64,000 bases of DNA from Acidimicrobiia bacterium (lineage in GTDB: Bacteria > Actinomycetota > Acidimicrobiia > Acidimicrobiales > JANYDT01): positions 8,325 to 72,324 of the forward strand of contig JANYDT010000052.1 of NCBI GenBank assembly GCA_025359845.1, read 5' to 3'. Shown here in pieces: positions 1-10,637 of this stretch (positions are counted from its first letter, which is position 1; every line of letters begins with the position of its first letter). Made by a program: the position numbers and the translations under genes. The notes beneath the pieces are model-generated. The model worked only from the letters and a program-made list of their open reading frames with translations, made no database searches and was not told where the DNA came from.

Positions 1-555
1 CGAGCCCAGCAACGGCCGCCTATCCAACACTTTCAACATCGGCAGGCTCCGGCTCGCATACAACGTGATTCATTTGTGGGACGAGGCGCCGGGTCCCCTC
101 CTGGCCGACCTCGGCCTGAGCCCCCTCGCCGTCCTGCCCACCGCACTACCCAAGAAACCGCCATCGATCGGGTCGCGGCCGTGCTCGATCGCATCAACAC
201 CGTCGCGGAACCACAGCGGCGCCGACAGTTGGCCCTCGACGCCGTTAGCTTCGGCACAATCATCCTGGACCGCCCTACACTAATAGAACTCCTCAGGAGG
301 TACCCTGCCATGCCGCTCTACGCCGAAGAAATGCCGCTCTAACAAGAAGGCCTCGAACGCGGCCTCGAACAAGGCCTCGAACGGGGGGAGGCACGAGCGT
401 TGACGCGAATCCTTCAGCACCGATTCCCACTCCTGGCCGCCGCCGAAACCGAGGACATCGCTACACTCGATCGAACCCGTCTCGATCGACTCGCTGAACT
501 CGCCTTGGAGTTCGCCACGCTAGAAGACCTGCGCGAATGGCTCGGCCGGGCTTGA
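1..555 (+). pseudogene. Rpn-family recombination-promoting nuclease / putative transposase, 3' remnant with DUF4351-type C-terminus, disrupted
   Basis: Frame 2 reads FNIGRLRLAYNVIHLWDEAPGPLLADLGLSPLAVLP to ~150. Frame 1 then continues TQETAIDRVAAVLDRI...LLRRYPAMPLYAEEMPL. An in-frame TAA lies at 340-342. The same frame then reads QEGLERGLEQGLERGEARALTRILQHRFPLL...LEDLREWLGRA, with stop at 553-555. The EGLE(R/Q)G repeat plus this tail matches the DUF4351 pattern as I remember it. The 5' end lies outside the window. Confidence 0.5.
349..384 (+). repeat. 12-nt x3 tandem repeat ggcctcgaacNN (encodes GLER-GLEQ-GLER)
   Basis: Direct reading: ggcctcgaacgc / ggcctcgaacaa / ggcctcgaacgg. Confidence 0.9.
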
Positions 556-666
556 TCGTGGCGGCCCACCAACCGCAAAGGCCGCGCCCATAGATCGCCA
601 GGTGCAATGATCGACCGCCATGGGCGGACCTCGACACAGCGGCCCTGACCAGATCGTAGGCAGCCG

Positions 667-3600
667 GTGATCCCGTCCCTCGTCGCGTTGGAGTTGCGCA
701 GGGCGATCGTCGAGTACCTGTCGACCACCTTTGCCATCGGCGACGAGCGTACCCGTGAAGCACTCGCCGCCTTCCTGGCCGATCCGGCCGAGGGAATCTT
801 CCGGGGACCGTACGTCCACGTCCGGTTGCCGTACCGCTCGGTCGAGGCGGGTTGGCGCTCGCCGCTCGGATGGACGCCGCCCGGTTTCAAGCCATTCATG
901 CACCAGGCTCGGGCGTGGGAACGGCTGTCGTCGAACGGTCGGACCCCGCAACCCACAATCGTGCGCACCGGTACCGGATCGGGCAAGACCGAGGCTTTCC
1001 TGTTTCCGATTCTCGATCACTGCCGACGAGCACAGCAGCGCGGTGAAAGAGGGATCAAGGCGCTGCTGCTGTACCCGATGAACGCGCTGGCCACCGACCA
1101 AGCCGGACGGCTCGCGCAGCTCATTGCCACACACCCGGAGTTGGCCGGATTGACCGCCGGCATCTTCATCGGCAATGACCGATCAGGAGGCGGTACGGCT
1201 GGTCGCAATCTCGGGATGGATGCCACACATCTGATCGACAGTCAAGACCAATTGCGGGCCTTTCCACCCGACATTCTCCTCACCAATTACAAGATGCTCG
1301 ATTTCCTCCTGTTTCGCGGTCGCGACTCCGGGCTATGGGTCGAGAACACGCCGTCCACCCTTCAGTATGTCGTGCTCGACGAATTGCATACCTACGACGG
1401 TGCGCAGGGCACCGATGTAGCCATGCTGCTGCGTCGGCTAGGTGATCGATTGTCGATGTCGACGCCCGACCGTCCGCTCGGCACCGCGACGCCGGTCGAA
1501 CATCGGCCACCCTCGGGGCCGGAGCCGAGGCCACCGAAGCGCTGGCCGAGTTCGCCGCCCGTCTTTTCGGCTCACCGGTCGACCCTGATGCCATTGTCGG
1601 TAACGACTTCTTGAGCGCAGCCGAGGCGTGCGGCGCGACCAACTTCGACATGCCCATCCCCGACATCGAAGATCTCCCTGCGGGCCCCGCGCTCGACCTT
1701 GACGAGTTGGCTGCGTGCTTCCTCGGGCGGCCCCTGCTGGGGAACTCGACGCCAAGCGCGACGGGACCGACAGGCACATCGGCGGTGACAATCGTCGACA
1801 GCCGTGTCGAGCTGGGCGAGGCGCTGCGGTCCCATCACCTCACCCGAGCGATCGTCGAGTCGGCCGGCGATCGCCCACGGGCTTGGCACGACGTGATCGA
1901 ACGCATCGTCGGACGCGTTCCCAACTGGGGACGGGTGCACCGCCGCGCCCCCGAACGCGTCAGCGATGCGGTTGCAAAATACCTGGCCCTGCTGTCGGTG
2001 GCCCGGGTCGGCAGCGACCGCGGCCCCGTGCCGCTGTTCAGCATCCAAGTGCAGTTGTGGGTCCGAGAAGTGTCGCGACTGCTGCGAGCGGGCACGAGCG
2101 AACCGGCATTCCGCTGGAACGATCGCGCCAGCGCCGCGCACGACGCCGGTGTCGGCCCAGATGGGTCCGCCGACGGCCATGGACGGACCGATCTCGACAG
2201 CGCGAACTCCCCGCCCGACATGATCTGTCTCCCGGCCGTCTACTGCCGCCATTGCGGCCGAACGGGTTGGGCCAGCGTCATCTCGGAGTCGGACGGTTCG
2301 CTGGTGGTCGCACCGGCGGCGGCATACAAAGCGTCGATCGAGCGGTCGCCCCGATTCCGGGTGCTGCTGCGGGCCGAACCAGCCGAAGTCGACGCCCAAT
2401 GGTTCGACCCGCGCGACCGCCGCACCACCACCGTGGTGCCGAGGTCATCGCCGCACGCGAGTTGGGTGTGCGTGCTCGTGACCCCCGACAACGACGACGC
2501 CAAACGCGACGAATGCCCGTCGTGCGGCGCGGGCGACGCCATCCGATTTCTCGGTTCGCAAGTGGCGTCGCTGGCCTCCGTCACGCTCGGCCAGATGTTC
2601 GGCTCGGCGTATGTCGACGTGGCCGAGCGAAAGCTGCTGGCGTTCACCGACTCGGTGCAGGACGCATCTCATCGGGCGTCGTTCTTCGGCGCCCGTACCT
2701 ACCGCTTCAACCTCCAAGCCTTGCTGTCGAGGGTGATCCAGGATCACGACGGGATGATCGATCTCGGGTCGCTCGGTTCGCTGCTCCTGACCACCGCCCG
2801 CGACCGCGGCGCCGACGTGGTCTTCGGGCTCGTGCCCCCCGATCTGGTGGCCCATCCGACGGTGAAGACTCTGTGGACAGAACGTCCATCGGAACCCGGC
2901 GCGGCGCTGTTGTCACGAAGACTGTCGTTCGAGGCGGCCCTGGAGTTCGGCTTGCTGAGTCGAGTCGGGCGGACGTTGGAACTCACCCGTTCCGCGGTGG
3001 CCGCGGTCCGGATCGACCATCTCGACGAAGTCGTCGCCCTGGTGCGGGAAGGGATCGAGACCGCCACCGGCCGATCGCGCTTCGACGGCGCCACCGGAGA
3101 TGGGGCGGCCCGCGACGCAATGAGCCCCGATGAACGCGTCGGCGAATACGTCCGCGGCGTCGTCGAACGGTTGCGGACCCGGGGCGCGATCTTTGATCCG
3201 CTGCTCGACCCGTACGTGGCCAACGACGGCCGGACGTGGTTTCTGTGGGGCGGCCGCAGCGAGGGCGCTCCCGTGTTCACCGACCGCCAGTCCCGTCCGA
3301 CATTCGTCACCGATGCCGCCCGCCCGCCGAGCTTTGACACACTGGCCCGCACCGCGGCCCGAACCTGGTGGGTCGACTGGGCCATGCGGTCACTGGGTAT
3401 CGAAGCGGGCGAAGCTCCCGAGGTGAACCGGAAGACGTTCGCACTGCTTGATTCGCTCGATGTGATCACGAGCCGCCGGTCGAAGTCGGGCGACATCGTG
3501 TACGGGCTCCTACCCGCCCACGTTCTGGTGGAAGACGTGCCCGACTTCGAGCCGGACGAGGAGCCCGCCGATCAACCGTCGGGGCACGACCACAACGCGT

Positions 3601-6600
3601 CGGATCACCTCGCGCCAGTTCAAGTCGCTCCGGCCCCGAGCCTCATGCGCTGCCGACTTTGCTCTCATAGGTTCGCCGCGCCGACGGGAACGGTGGCCGA
3701 ATGGGTCGGCGCGCTGTGCCCGAAATTCCGGTGCACGGGCACGCTGGCGATAGCGCCCTTCGAAGGATCATCGTTCTACCGCACGCTGTACCGATCGGGT
3801 TCGACGCGTCGCGTCGTTGCCGCTGAGCACACCAGTCAGCTCAGTCGCAGCGAACGCGAGCACGTCGAGCAGCGATTCAAGTCCGGTGGACGACCCGACG
3901 ACCCGAATGTGTTGACGTGCACGCCCACACTCGAAATGGGCATCGACATCGGTGACCTGAGCGCCGTGATGCTCACGTCGATCCCCCGCGGTGGTGCGGC
4001 TTCGTACGTACAACGGGTGGGCCGGGCCGGGCGTAAGACCGGCAACGCGTTGGTCACGGCGTTTGCCGGGAGCGACCCGACGAGTCTCTATTTCTTGGCC
4101 GATCCCCTGCGGATGATCGCCGGCGAGATCCGTCCACCGGCCTGCCATCTCGATTCGGTCGAGATCCTGAGCCGCCAGTATCTGGCGTTCCTGCTCGATC
4201 GGACGGCGAAGGGCTCGATCGAAGCGCCGTCGGCCCCGAATCAGATCGCCGACGTTTTCGCCAAGAAGGTGCCGACTCAGGCAACCCAGACATCGGGAAC
4301 GCTGACGTGGCTCGGCGCCGTCGTCACCGCCGGTGAACTCGAACCGATGCACGCGGCCCAGTTCCTCGGCCTCCTCAGCTCGGAGATCAGCCCGTCCACC
4401 GGTGATGCGCTTCGCGAGTTCGCCGCGACCGGGCTCGCCGGAGCGGTGAAACTGGCCGGCAGCCGCTGGCAAGAACAGGTTACCGACCTCGAACTCCGCG
4501 TCCGACGCATCAACGAGCGGATCAAGGAACTCACCTCCAAGACGACACTCGACCCCGACGAAGTAGAGGATTTGCACGGGTTGCGGGGCGGGCGGTGCTC
4601 GGTCGCCGGATCACGGAGCTGCGTTCGGAGTACACCTATTCCGCACTGGAGCGGCTCGGTCTGCTGCCCAACTACACGCTCACCGACGAAACCATCCGCC
4701 TCGACGCAGTGTTGTGGGGCATCGACGGCGACAGTGAGAAGTTCCGCAACGAGAGCTCGTTCGATCGCCCTGCGGAGTTCGCGCTCAGCGAGTTCGCGCC
4801 GGGCAACACGTACTACGCCAAAGGCCACCGCTACCTGATCGACGCCCTCGACATCGGCACGCCGACCGAACCCATCCTGGAGTCGTGGAGACTGTGCCCC
4901 GACTGCGGCTACGGTGCCCTCGACGTGGCGCAGACCACGTGGGTCCGCTGTCCACGGTGCGCCCGCGTTGGCATCGCCGATCTCGGCGCCCGCCATCAGC
5001 TGTTGCGCGTGCGGCGGGTCATGTGCATCGACAGCGAGGAGCAGGCCCGCGTGTTCGACGAGACCGACGAGCGCGAACGCGAGCGGTTCGCGCGGGTTAC
5101 GACCGTCGACGTCGACCCAGCGAAGGTCGAGAAGCCGTTCAAGCATCTTCATGTCACGTTCGGGTCCGAATTGGCCCGCGAGACGCGGAACCGCTTTCTC
5201 AACTTCGGCTCAGTCGAGCGCCCGGGCGCAACGATCAAGGTTTCGGGGTTGGAGGTACCGCACCACGGTTCGCGACGTGTCGCCATTGCGGCATCGTGAA
5301 AGGGGCGAGGCCCACCGCGCCCGGTCGCGACACCCGCCATCTCGGTTGGTGCAAGACGCGCTCGGCGGTGAAAGCGCAGTGGGAGGAGTTGGCCCTGGTG
5401 CACGAGTTGACCACCGACGCCATCCGCATGCTCGTTCCTGTGGCCGTGGTCGAAGCCCACGAACGGCTGGCCACGTTTCAGGCCATCCTGCGCCTGGGGC
5501 TGCGGGTGAGCTTCGGCGGCGACCCCGACCACCTTCGCGTGGTCACGGCCGACATGCCCGCACGGGCGGGTAGCACGACGACCCTCGAAGGTGTGCGCCG
5601 CCGGTTTGTGGTGCTCTAGACACCATTCCCGGCGGCACCGGCTATCTCGACCGCTTGGCCGATCCCGACCGGCTGCGCGACATCCTTCTCGGCGCCCGGG
5701 CGCTGATCGCCGCATGCCCGTGCAAAGACGAAGGGCTGCTGGCGTGTCACCGATGCCTGCTCGGGGTCACCGACCGGCCCAGCGTGTCGCTCGTGACCCG
5801 GCCTCTCGCCCTCGAACAGCTCGACGAACTCTTGTCGGATTGGGCGACCGAACCCGTGGCGACGGTGGCCGATCTGCAGATCGACGAACTCGAGGAATCC
5901 GAACTCGAGCGACTGTTTCGGGCCGCGCTCGTGGCCTGGGACGCGAAGCGCAACGACGTGCTCATCACGGCCGCTCCGGGCGGCCGCCACTACGGGTTCG
6001 AGGTCCGCATCACGACCACCCTTCCGAGCGGCGGAGCCGACGCCCCCGCCCGCGAGGAGGTCGTGCGGTGGCGTATCCGCGAACAGCAGGACGTGGTCAC
6101 GGGCGGCATGTCCTGTCGACCCGACTTTCTGTTCACCCGACTGGACAGCAACCCACAGGAGATCGCCGTATTCGTCGACGGTGAGCAGTTCCATGCGTCG
6201 CCCGAGCATGATCGCCTCGCCGACGACGCAAACAAGCGCAACACGTTGCGCTCCGGCGGAAGGCTCGTCTGGAGCCTCACATGGACCGACATCCAAGCGT
6301 TCCTCAACGCGCAGACCTCCGACGTCGACCGAACGGTGCGCCGGAGCGGGTTGCTCTCGCCGGAGGTGGTCCAGCGGACCCAGCACCTCCAGCAATCGTT
6401 TTCAGGAACGCTGACCGGAGCGGTCGCCGGCATGAACGCCATGGAGCAATTGGTGCGATTTCTGAGGGCGCCGGTAACCGGCGATTGGGAGCAGCTCGCC
6501 TGTTCCGCCGGGGCCGCTGCGGCGAAAGACAACGTCGTACTCGTCGATGACTCCGGCTTGGTCGACACGCTGCGCGGCTTTCTCGACGGCCACCCGGTCA

Positions 6601-7249
6601 CGACGCCGCCGGTCGCGCCCACCTCCGCGACGGGAGCGGTCGGTGTCGTCGGCGGCCTGGCCGTGATACTCGATCTGCGCAGCGGCAAAGGCCCCAACGA
6701 GCAGCGCTGGACGGCACTGGCGCTGACGCCCGACGGTGTTCAGCTCGGCCCGCCCGATGCATCCGATAGATGGAAGGAGTGGCTGCTCTGGTCGAACCTC
6801 GCCCAGTTCCTACAGTCCGAGGACCGCCAATTCGTCATGACCACGACATCATTGGCGAAGGACTTCGATCTCACCAATCTTTACCTCGTCAATCCCGCCA
6901 CAGCTCAGCCCATGTCGAGCTCGTCTCCCGGCTCCGCCATCGACTCAGCCGAACTCGCAGACGTGAAGCCCTCGGCGGAAGCGCTGCTGCAAGCGACACG
7001 GGCGTTGGGCGTCGTGCCTGCGCCCATTCCTGGCTTCGAACCGGACTCACCTGGCGGATGGCCGATCGAGCTGGGTTGGCCGTCTGCGCGTGTCGGGGTC
7101 GTGTCCACCACGACCCGGAACGCGACACGTGGCTCGCCGCACACGGGTGGAGTGTCAAGATGGTCGACCTGTGGACACCGGCCGAACTCTTTATGGCCCT
7201 GAGTCCGCAGCCCGGCGCCTCCCACGGTCACGCCACGGCGCAGGACTGA
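667..7249 (+). pseudogene. Giant SF2 DEAD/DEAH-box helicase - DUF1998 (MrfA-type Zn-binding) - Vsr/DUF559-like nuclease fusion, ~2,195 aa if five net -1 frame breaks are repaired
   Basis: Six collinear ORF segments. (1) 667-~1497, frame 1: TGTGSGKTEAF, LLLYPMNALATDQ, VLDELH. (2) ~1497-~4590, frame 0: TSATLG, CRHCG/CPSCG Zn-ribbon insert, LLAFTDSVQDASHRASFF, TPTLEMGIDIGDL, YVQRVGRAGR. (3) ~4590-~5255, frame 2: LLPNYTLTDE, EFAPGNTYYAKGHRY, CPDCG..CPRC. (4) ~5255-5619, frame 1: CRHCG. (5) 5619-~7105, frame 0: DTIPGGTGYLDRL, ACPCKDEGLLACHRCLL, RPDFLF..VFVDGEQFH. (6) ~7105-7249, frame 2. The protein sequence reads through sensibly at each junction if one nt is added. Confidence 0.8.
5895..6300 (+). 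other. Vsr/DUF559-like PD-(D/E)xK-type nuclease module inside the giant helicase
   Basis: ESELERLFRAALVAW...WRIREQQDVV..RPDFLFTRLDSNPQEIAVFVDGEQFHASPEHDRLADDANKRNTLRSGGRLVWSLTWTDI. The PDF...VDGxxxH...D..K/R...L...G pattern is the one I associate with DUF559/Vsr-like domains. Confidence 0.55.
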
Positions 7250-7252
7250 ACG

Positions 7253-9366
7253 ATGGCCAGCATGAGCATGGCCCGCGATTTCTTGACGTCCTTCGGGCGG
7301 CGATCGTCAACTGAGCAAAGCCAGATCCGGTCGATCATCGACAAGTTCCAACGCGACCCCACCAATGCTTCGCTCAACCTCGAAACCCATCATCGCCAAC
7401 GCGACCCACGGATGCGCACCGTTCGGGTAAGTCAGTTCTGGCGCGCGGTGGTGATCGCCCCGGAACGCGGCAATAGCGACTACATCCTCGTCGACGTGCT
7501 CCCCCACGACGCTGCCGGCGATTGGCTCGAGCGCCACGAACTCACCGTCAACCTGATGACCGGCGGCCTGGAGTTGTGCGACATCCCGACCGTCGAACGC
7601 ACGGCCGCCGAGTTCAACGCTCCGAGCGCGCCGGCGGCACCTGACATGTTCCACGGGGCCAAGGATCGCGACTTCACGCGGCTCGGCGTGGATGAGCGCG
7701 TCGTCCCGCGGCTGCGCAGGGTGGGCAGTGCCGAAGAACTCGACACGCTCATGATGCTGCTGCCGCAGTTGCAATCCGACGCCGTCGGCTATCTGGCCAG
7801 TGGCTGCGGCGTCGACGAGGCGTACGGCTTCATTCTCGGCGCCATCGATGCCACCGCACCGACCACCGACATCGACCCCACCGACATCGTCGCGGCAGTG
7901 GCCCGTCCCGCGTCGTCGGCGTTCTTCCACACCGTCGATGGCGAAGATGAACTCAACGATATCCTGGCGAAGCCGCTCGACCTGTGGCGGGTGTTCCTGC
8001 ATCCGACGCAAAGGCGACTGGCACAAGCCAAGACCAAGGGCGCAACGCGTGTGCTCGGTGGTCCCGGTACCGGCAAAACCGTCGTTGCCCTGCACCGAGC
8101 CCAATGGCTGGCCAAGCAAAATCCGAAAGCCCGCCTGCTTCTCACCACGTTTACGACCACAATGGCGGCCGAATTGTCCGCTTTACTGCGCAACCTCGCC
8201 GGCCCCGAAATCGCCGATCGTGTCGAGGTCCTCGGAATCGACAAGCTCGCGTCCCGGCTGCTGCGCGAGACCGACTCGGGCCGAGGCACCAACCCGCCGA
8301 AGGACCAGGAGCTGGATCGCATGTTTGCTGACGCGTGCGCCGCAATCGGATTCGAACTCCCAGCCAGTCTCGTCCGCCACGAGTGGGAGCAGATCGTGCT
8401 CGCCGGCGGCATCGAATCACGGGCCGACTATTTCAACGCGCCACGACCGGGCCGTGGTGTGCGGCTGAACCGGGCCCAGCGGGCCCAGGTGTGGGAGGTG
8501 ATCGAGCTGGTCACCGGAAAACTCGGCCAGCAGCGAACCTTTCTCCAGCTCGCCAGCAACGCCGCCGAACTCGCCCAGCGGGAAAACCGGGCTCGGTACG
8601 ACCACGTCATCGTCGACGAGGCGCAGGATCTCCATGCGTCGCATTGGCGACTGTTGCGGGCGCTCGTGGCCGAGGGCCCCGATGATCTGTTCATCGTCGG
8701 CGACGCCACACAGCGAATCTATGACCGGCGCGTCGTGCTCTCCCGTTACGGCATCAGCGTCCGAGGGCGGCGTTCGACGACACTCAAGCTCAACTACCGT
8801 ACGACTGGCGAGATCTGCGTTGGTCACTGCGGCTCATCGGTGACGACCCGGTCGACGATCTCGATGACGGTACCGTCGATGGCACGGGCTACCGATCACT
8901 CCGGCGGGGAGAGGCCCCGAAAGTCAGCGGACACCCGTCGGCGGGGGTCGAACTCGACGCACTTGTGGCGGAACTCAAGACGCTGATCGAGGGAGGGCTC
9001 GGCGCCGACGAGATCTTGGTGGCGGCGCGCACTAGGAGCCTGGTAGAACTCATCCAGCGCCATCTCAGCGAATCGGGGCTGCCGGCCGTTTTCCTGGCGG
9101 ACGACCGGTCAGGTGAACACGACGCCATCCACGTCGCCACCCTGCATCGGCTCAAAGGCCTCGAGTATCGCCATGTGTGCCTGGTCGACATCTCCCAGGG
9201 CGTGGTCCCGCTCGAGAACGCGGTGACGGCCGAGGCCAACGACGCGCTCCAGCACCGCGCCGACCTCGGACGCGAACGGGCCCTCCTCTTTGTCGGTGCG
9301 ACGCGGGCCCGTGATTCGCTCAGCGTCAGTTACCACGGCCGGCCCAGCCCGTTCCTCCCAGCCTGA
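7253..9366 (+). pseudogene. UvrD/PcrA-like SF1 helicase (~704 aa if one -1 break near 8817 is repaired) with an unassigned ~250-aa N-terminal region
   Basis: Motifs before the break: VLGGPGTGKT (Walker A), VIVDEAQDL, FIVGDATQRIY, LNYRTTGEI. After the break: RWSLRLIGDDPVDDL...VATLHRLKGLEYRHV, LLFVGATRARDSL. The ATG is 3 nt after the stop of the giant helicase. Confidence 0.8.
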
Positions 9367-9412
9367 CCACTTCCCGCGCCGCGAGAACACCTTCCGACCG
9401 GCGCCGCCTACG

Positions 9413-10516
9413 ATGCAAACGATGCGGCCCGAAGAGGTGTTGAGGCTGAGAATGGCGAGCCTGCTGCTCGGCCGCCGCGAGGCCCGCACTCCTCGCCAAG
9501 TCGTCACGTGGTTCGGCGCTATGCAGGCCCAGGACTTGGCGAGCGGCGAGTGGTCTTTCGGTCTGCGCATTCCCGGGGCCACCCAGGGCGCCGTCGATCA
9601 GGCGACTCATGATCGCGAGATCTTGCGAACATGGCCGATGCGCGGCACCGTCCACTTCGTCGCGCCCGAAGACGCCAAGTGGCTGCTAGCGCTGACCGGG
9701 GTGCGCGCCCTCGCCGGGGCGGCTGGTCGTCGGGCCCACCTCGGCCTCGATGAGGCCACGGTGAACAAGGCCGCCGAAGTGCTGGCCGGCGCACTCAGCG
9801 GGGGGAAGCGCCTCAGCCGAGCCGAGTGCGTCGACCTTCTGATCGAGGCCGGCGTCCACACCGCTAAAGAACACGGCTATCACCTCCTCTGGTACACGTC
9901 GCAGATCGGGGTGACCTGCATCGGTCCACAGCAAGGGAAGGAGCAGACCTTCGTGCTGCTCGACGAGTGGGTTCCTAATCCTCGGACGCTCAGCCGGGAG
10001 GAGGCGCTGGCGGAGTTGGCTGTGCGGTATTTCCAGTCCCACGGCCCAACGACCCGCCAAGACTTCGCGGGTTGGACCGGGCTGGCGATGGCCGACGTCA
10101 GGTTGGGGATCGACGGGGCCGCGACCGCTCTGCAGACGATCGACGTCGAGGGCTCGCCGTATGTTATGGCGGCCGCGTTGCGTGACGAGGCGTCACGGAT
10201 TCTCGCCGAAGCGGAAGACACCGAGGTCTGGATCCTGCCCGGATTCGACGAGTATCTGCTCGGGTTCAAAGACCGGTCGCTGATGGTGAGCCGCGACCAC
10301 ATGAAGACGATCATCCCCGGCAGCAACGGAGTGTTCATGCCCACGATCGTGTCCGGCGGTCGCGTCATCGGCACATGGAAACGGGAAGTCAAACGCACCC
10401 GGGTCGATGTGCGACCGCTACCCTTCGCCCCGTTCACGCCCGCGCAGCAGTCAGGATTCAGCGACGCGGCCGAAACGTACGGTCGCTATCTCGGACTGGA
10501 CGCGAACTGCGTATGA
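9413..10516 (+). CDS. AlkZ-like (HTH_42 / DUF1006 winged-helix) DNA glycosylase
   Basis: MQTMRPEEVLRLRMASLLL...PRQVVTWFGAMQAQDLASGEWSFGLR...ILRTWPMRGTVHFVAPEDAKWLL. The QAQ triplet is at 9524-9532. The listed ORF starts at 9290, but the in-frame ATG at 9413 (or 9422) avoids overlap with the upstream gene. Confidence 0.75.
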   Translation: MQTMRPEEVLRLRMASLLLGRREARTPRQVVTWFGAMQAQDLASGEWSFGLRIPGATQGAVDQATHDREILRTWPMRGTVHFVAPEDAKWLLALTGVRALAGAAGRRAHLGLDEATVNKAAEVLAGALSGGKRLSRAECVDLLIEAGVHTAKEHGYHLLWYTSQIGVTCIGPQQGKEQTFVLLDEWVPNPRTLSREEALAELAVRYFQSHGPTTRQDFAGWTGLAMADVRLGIDGAATALQTIDVEGSPYVMAAALRDEASRILAEAEDTEVWILPGFDEYLLGFKDRSLMVSRDHMKTIIPGSNGVFMPTIVSGGRVIGTWKREVKRTRVDVRPLPFAPFTPAQQSGFSDAAETYGRYLGLDANCV

Positions 10517-10637
10517 GCACTTCGGCGCGCCGATCGTGGTCGGGGTCGTCTGTTTTCTATCTTGTACAAATGGCGGCGCCACCTCCGGCGTGCGCTCATC
10601 GACAACCCGCGTTACGGCGCAAAAACAAGGAGTTCTC

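Noticed and set aside
667-7249. Programmed ribosomal frameshifting as the explanation for the split helicase
   Set aside because: There are five separate breaks, no slippery heptamer at any junction, and one junction is a plain TAG codon (5617-5619). Lesions or consensus errors are simpler explanations.
8341-8380. GAGTTCGAATCCG string (reverse strand) resembling a tRNA T-loop
   Set aside because: No complementary T-stem or acceptor stem surrounds it, and it lies inside the UvrD-like coding sequence.
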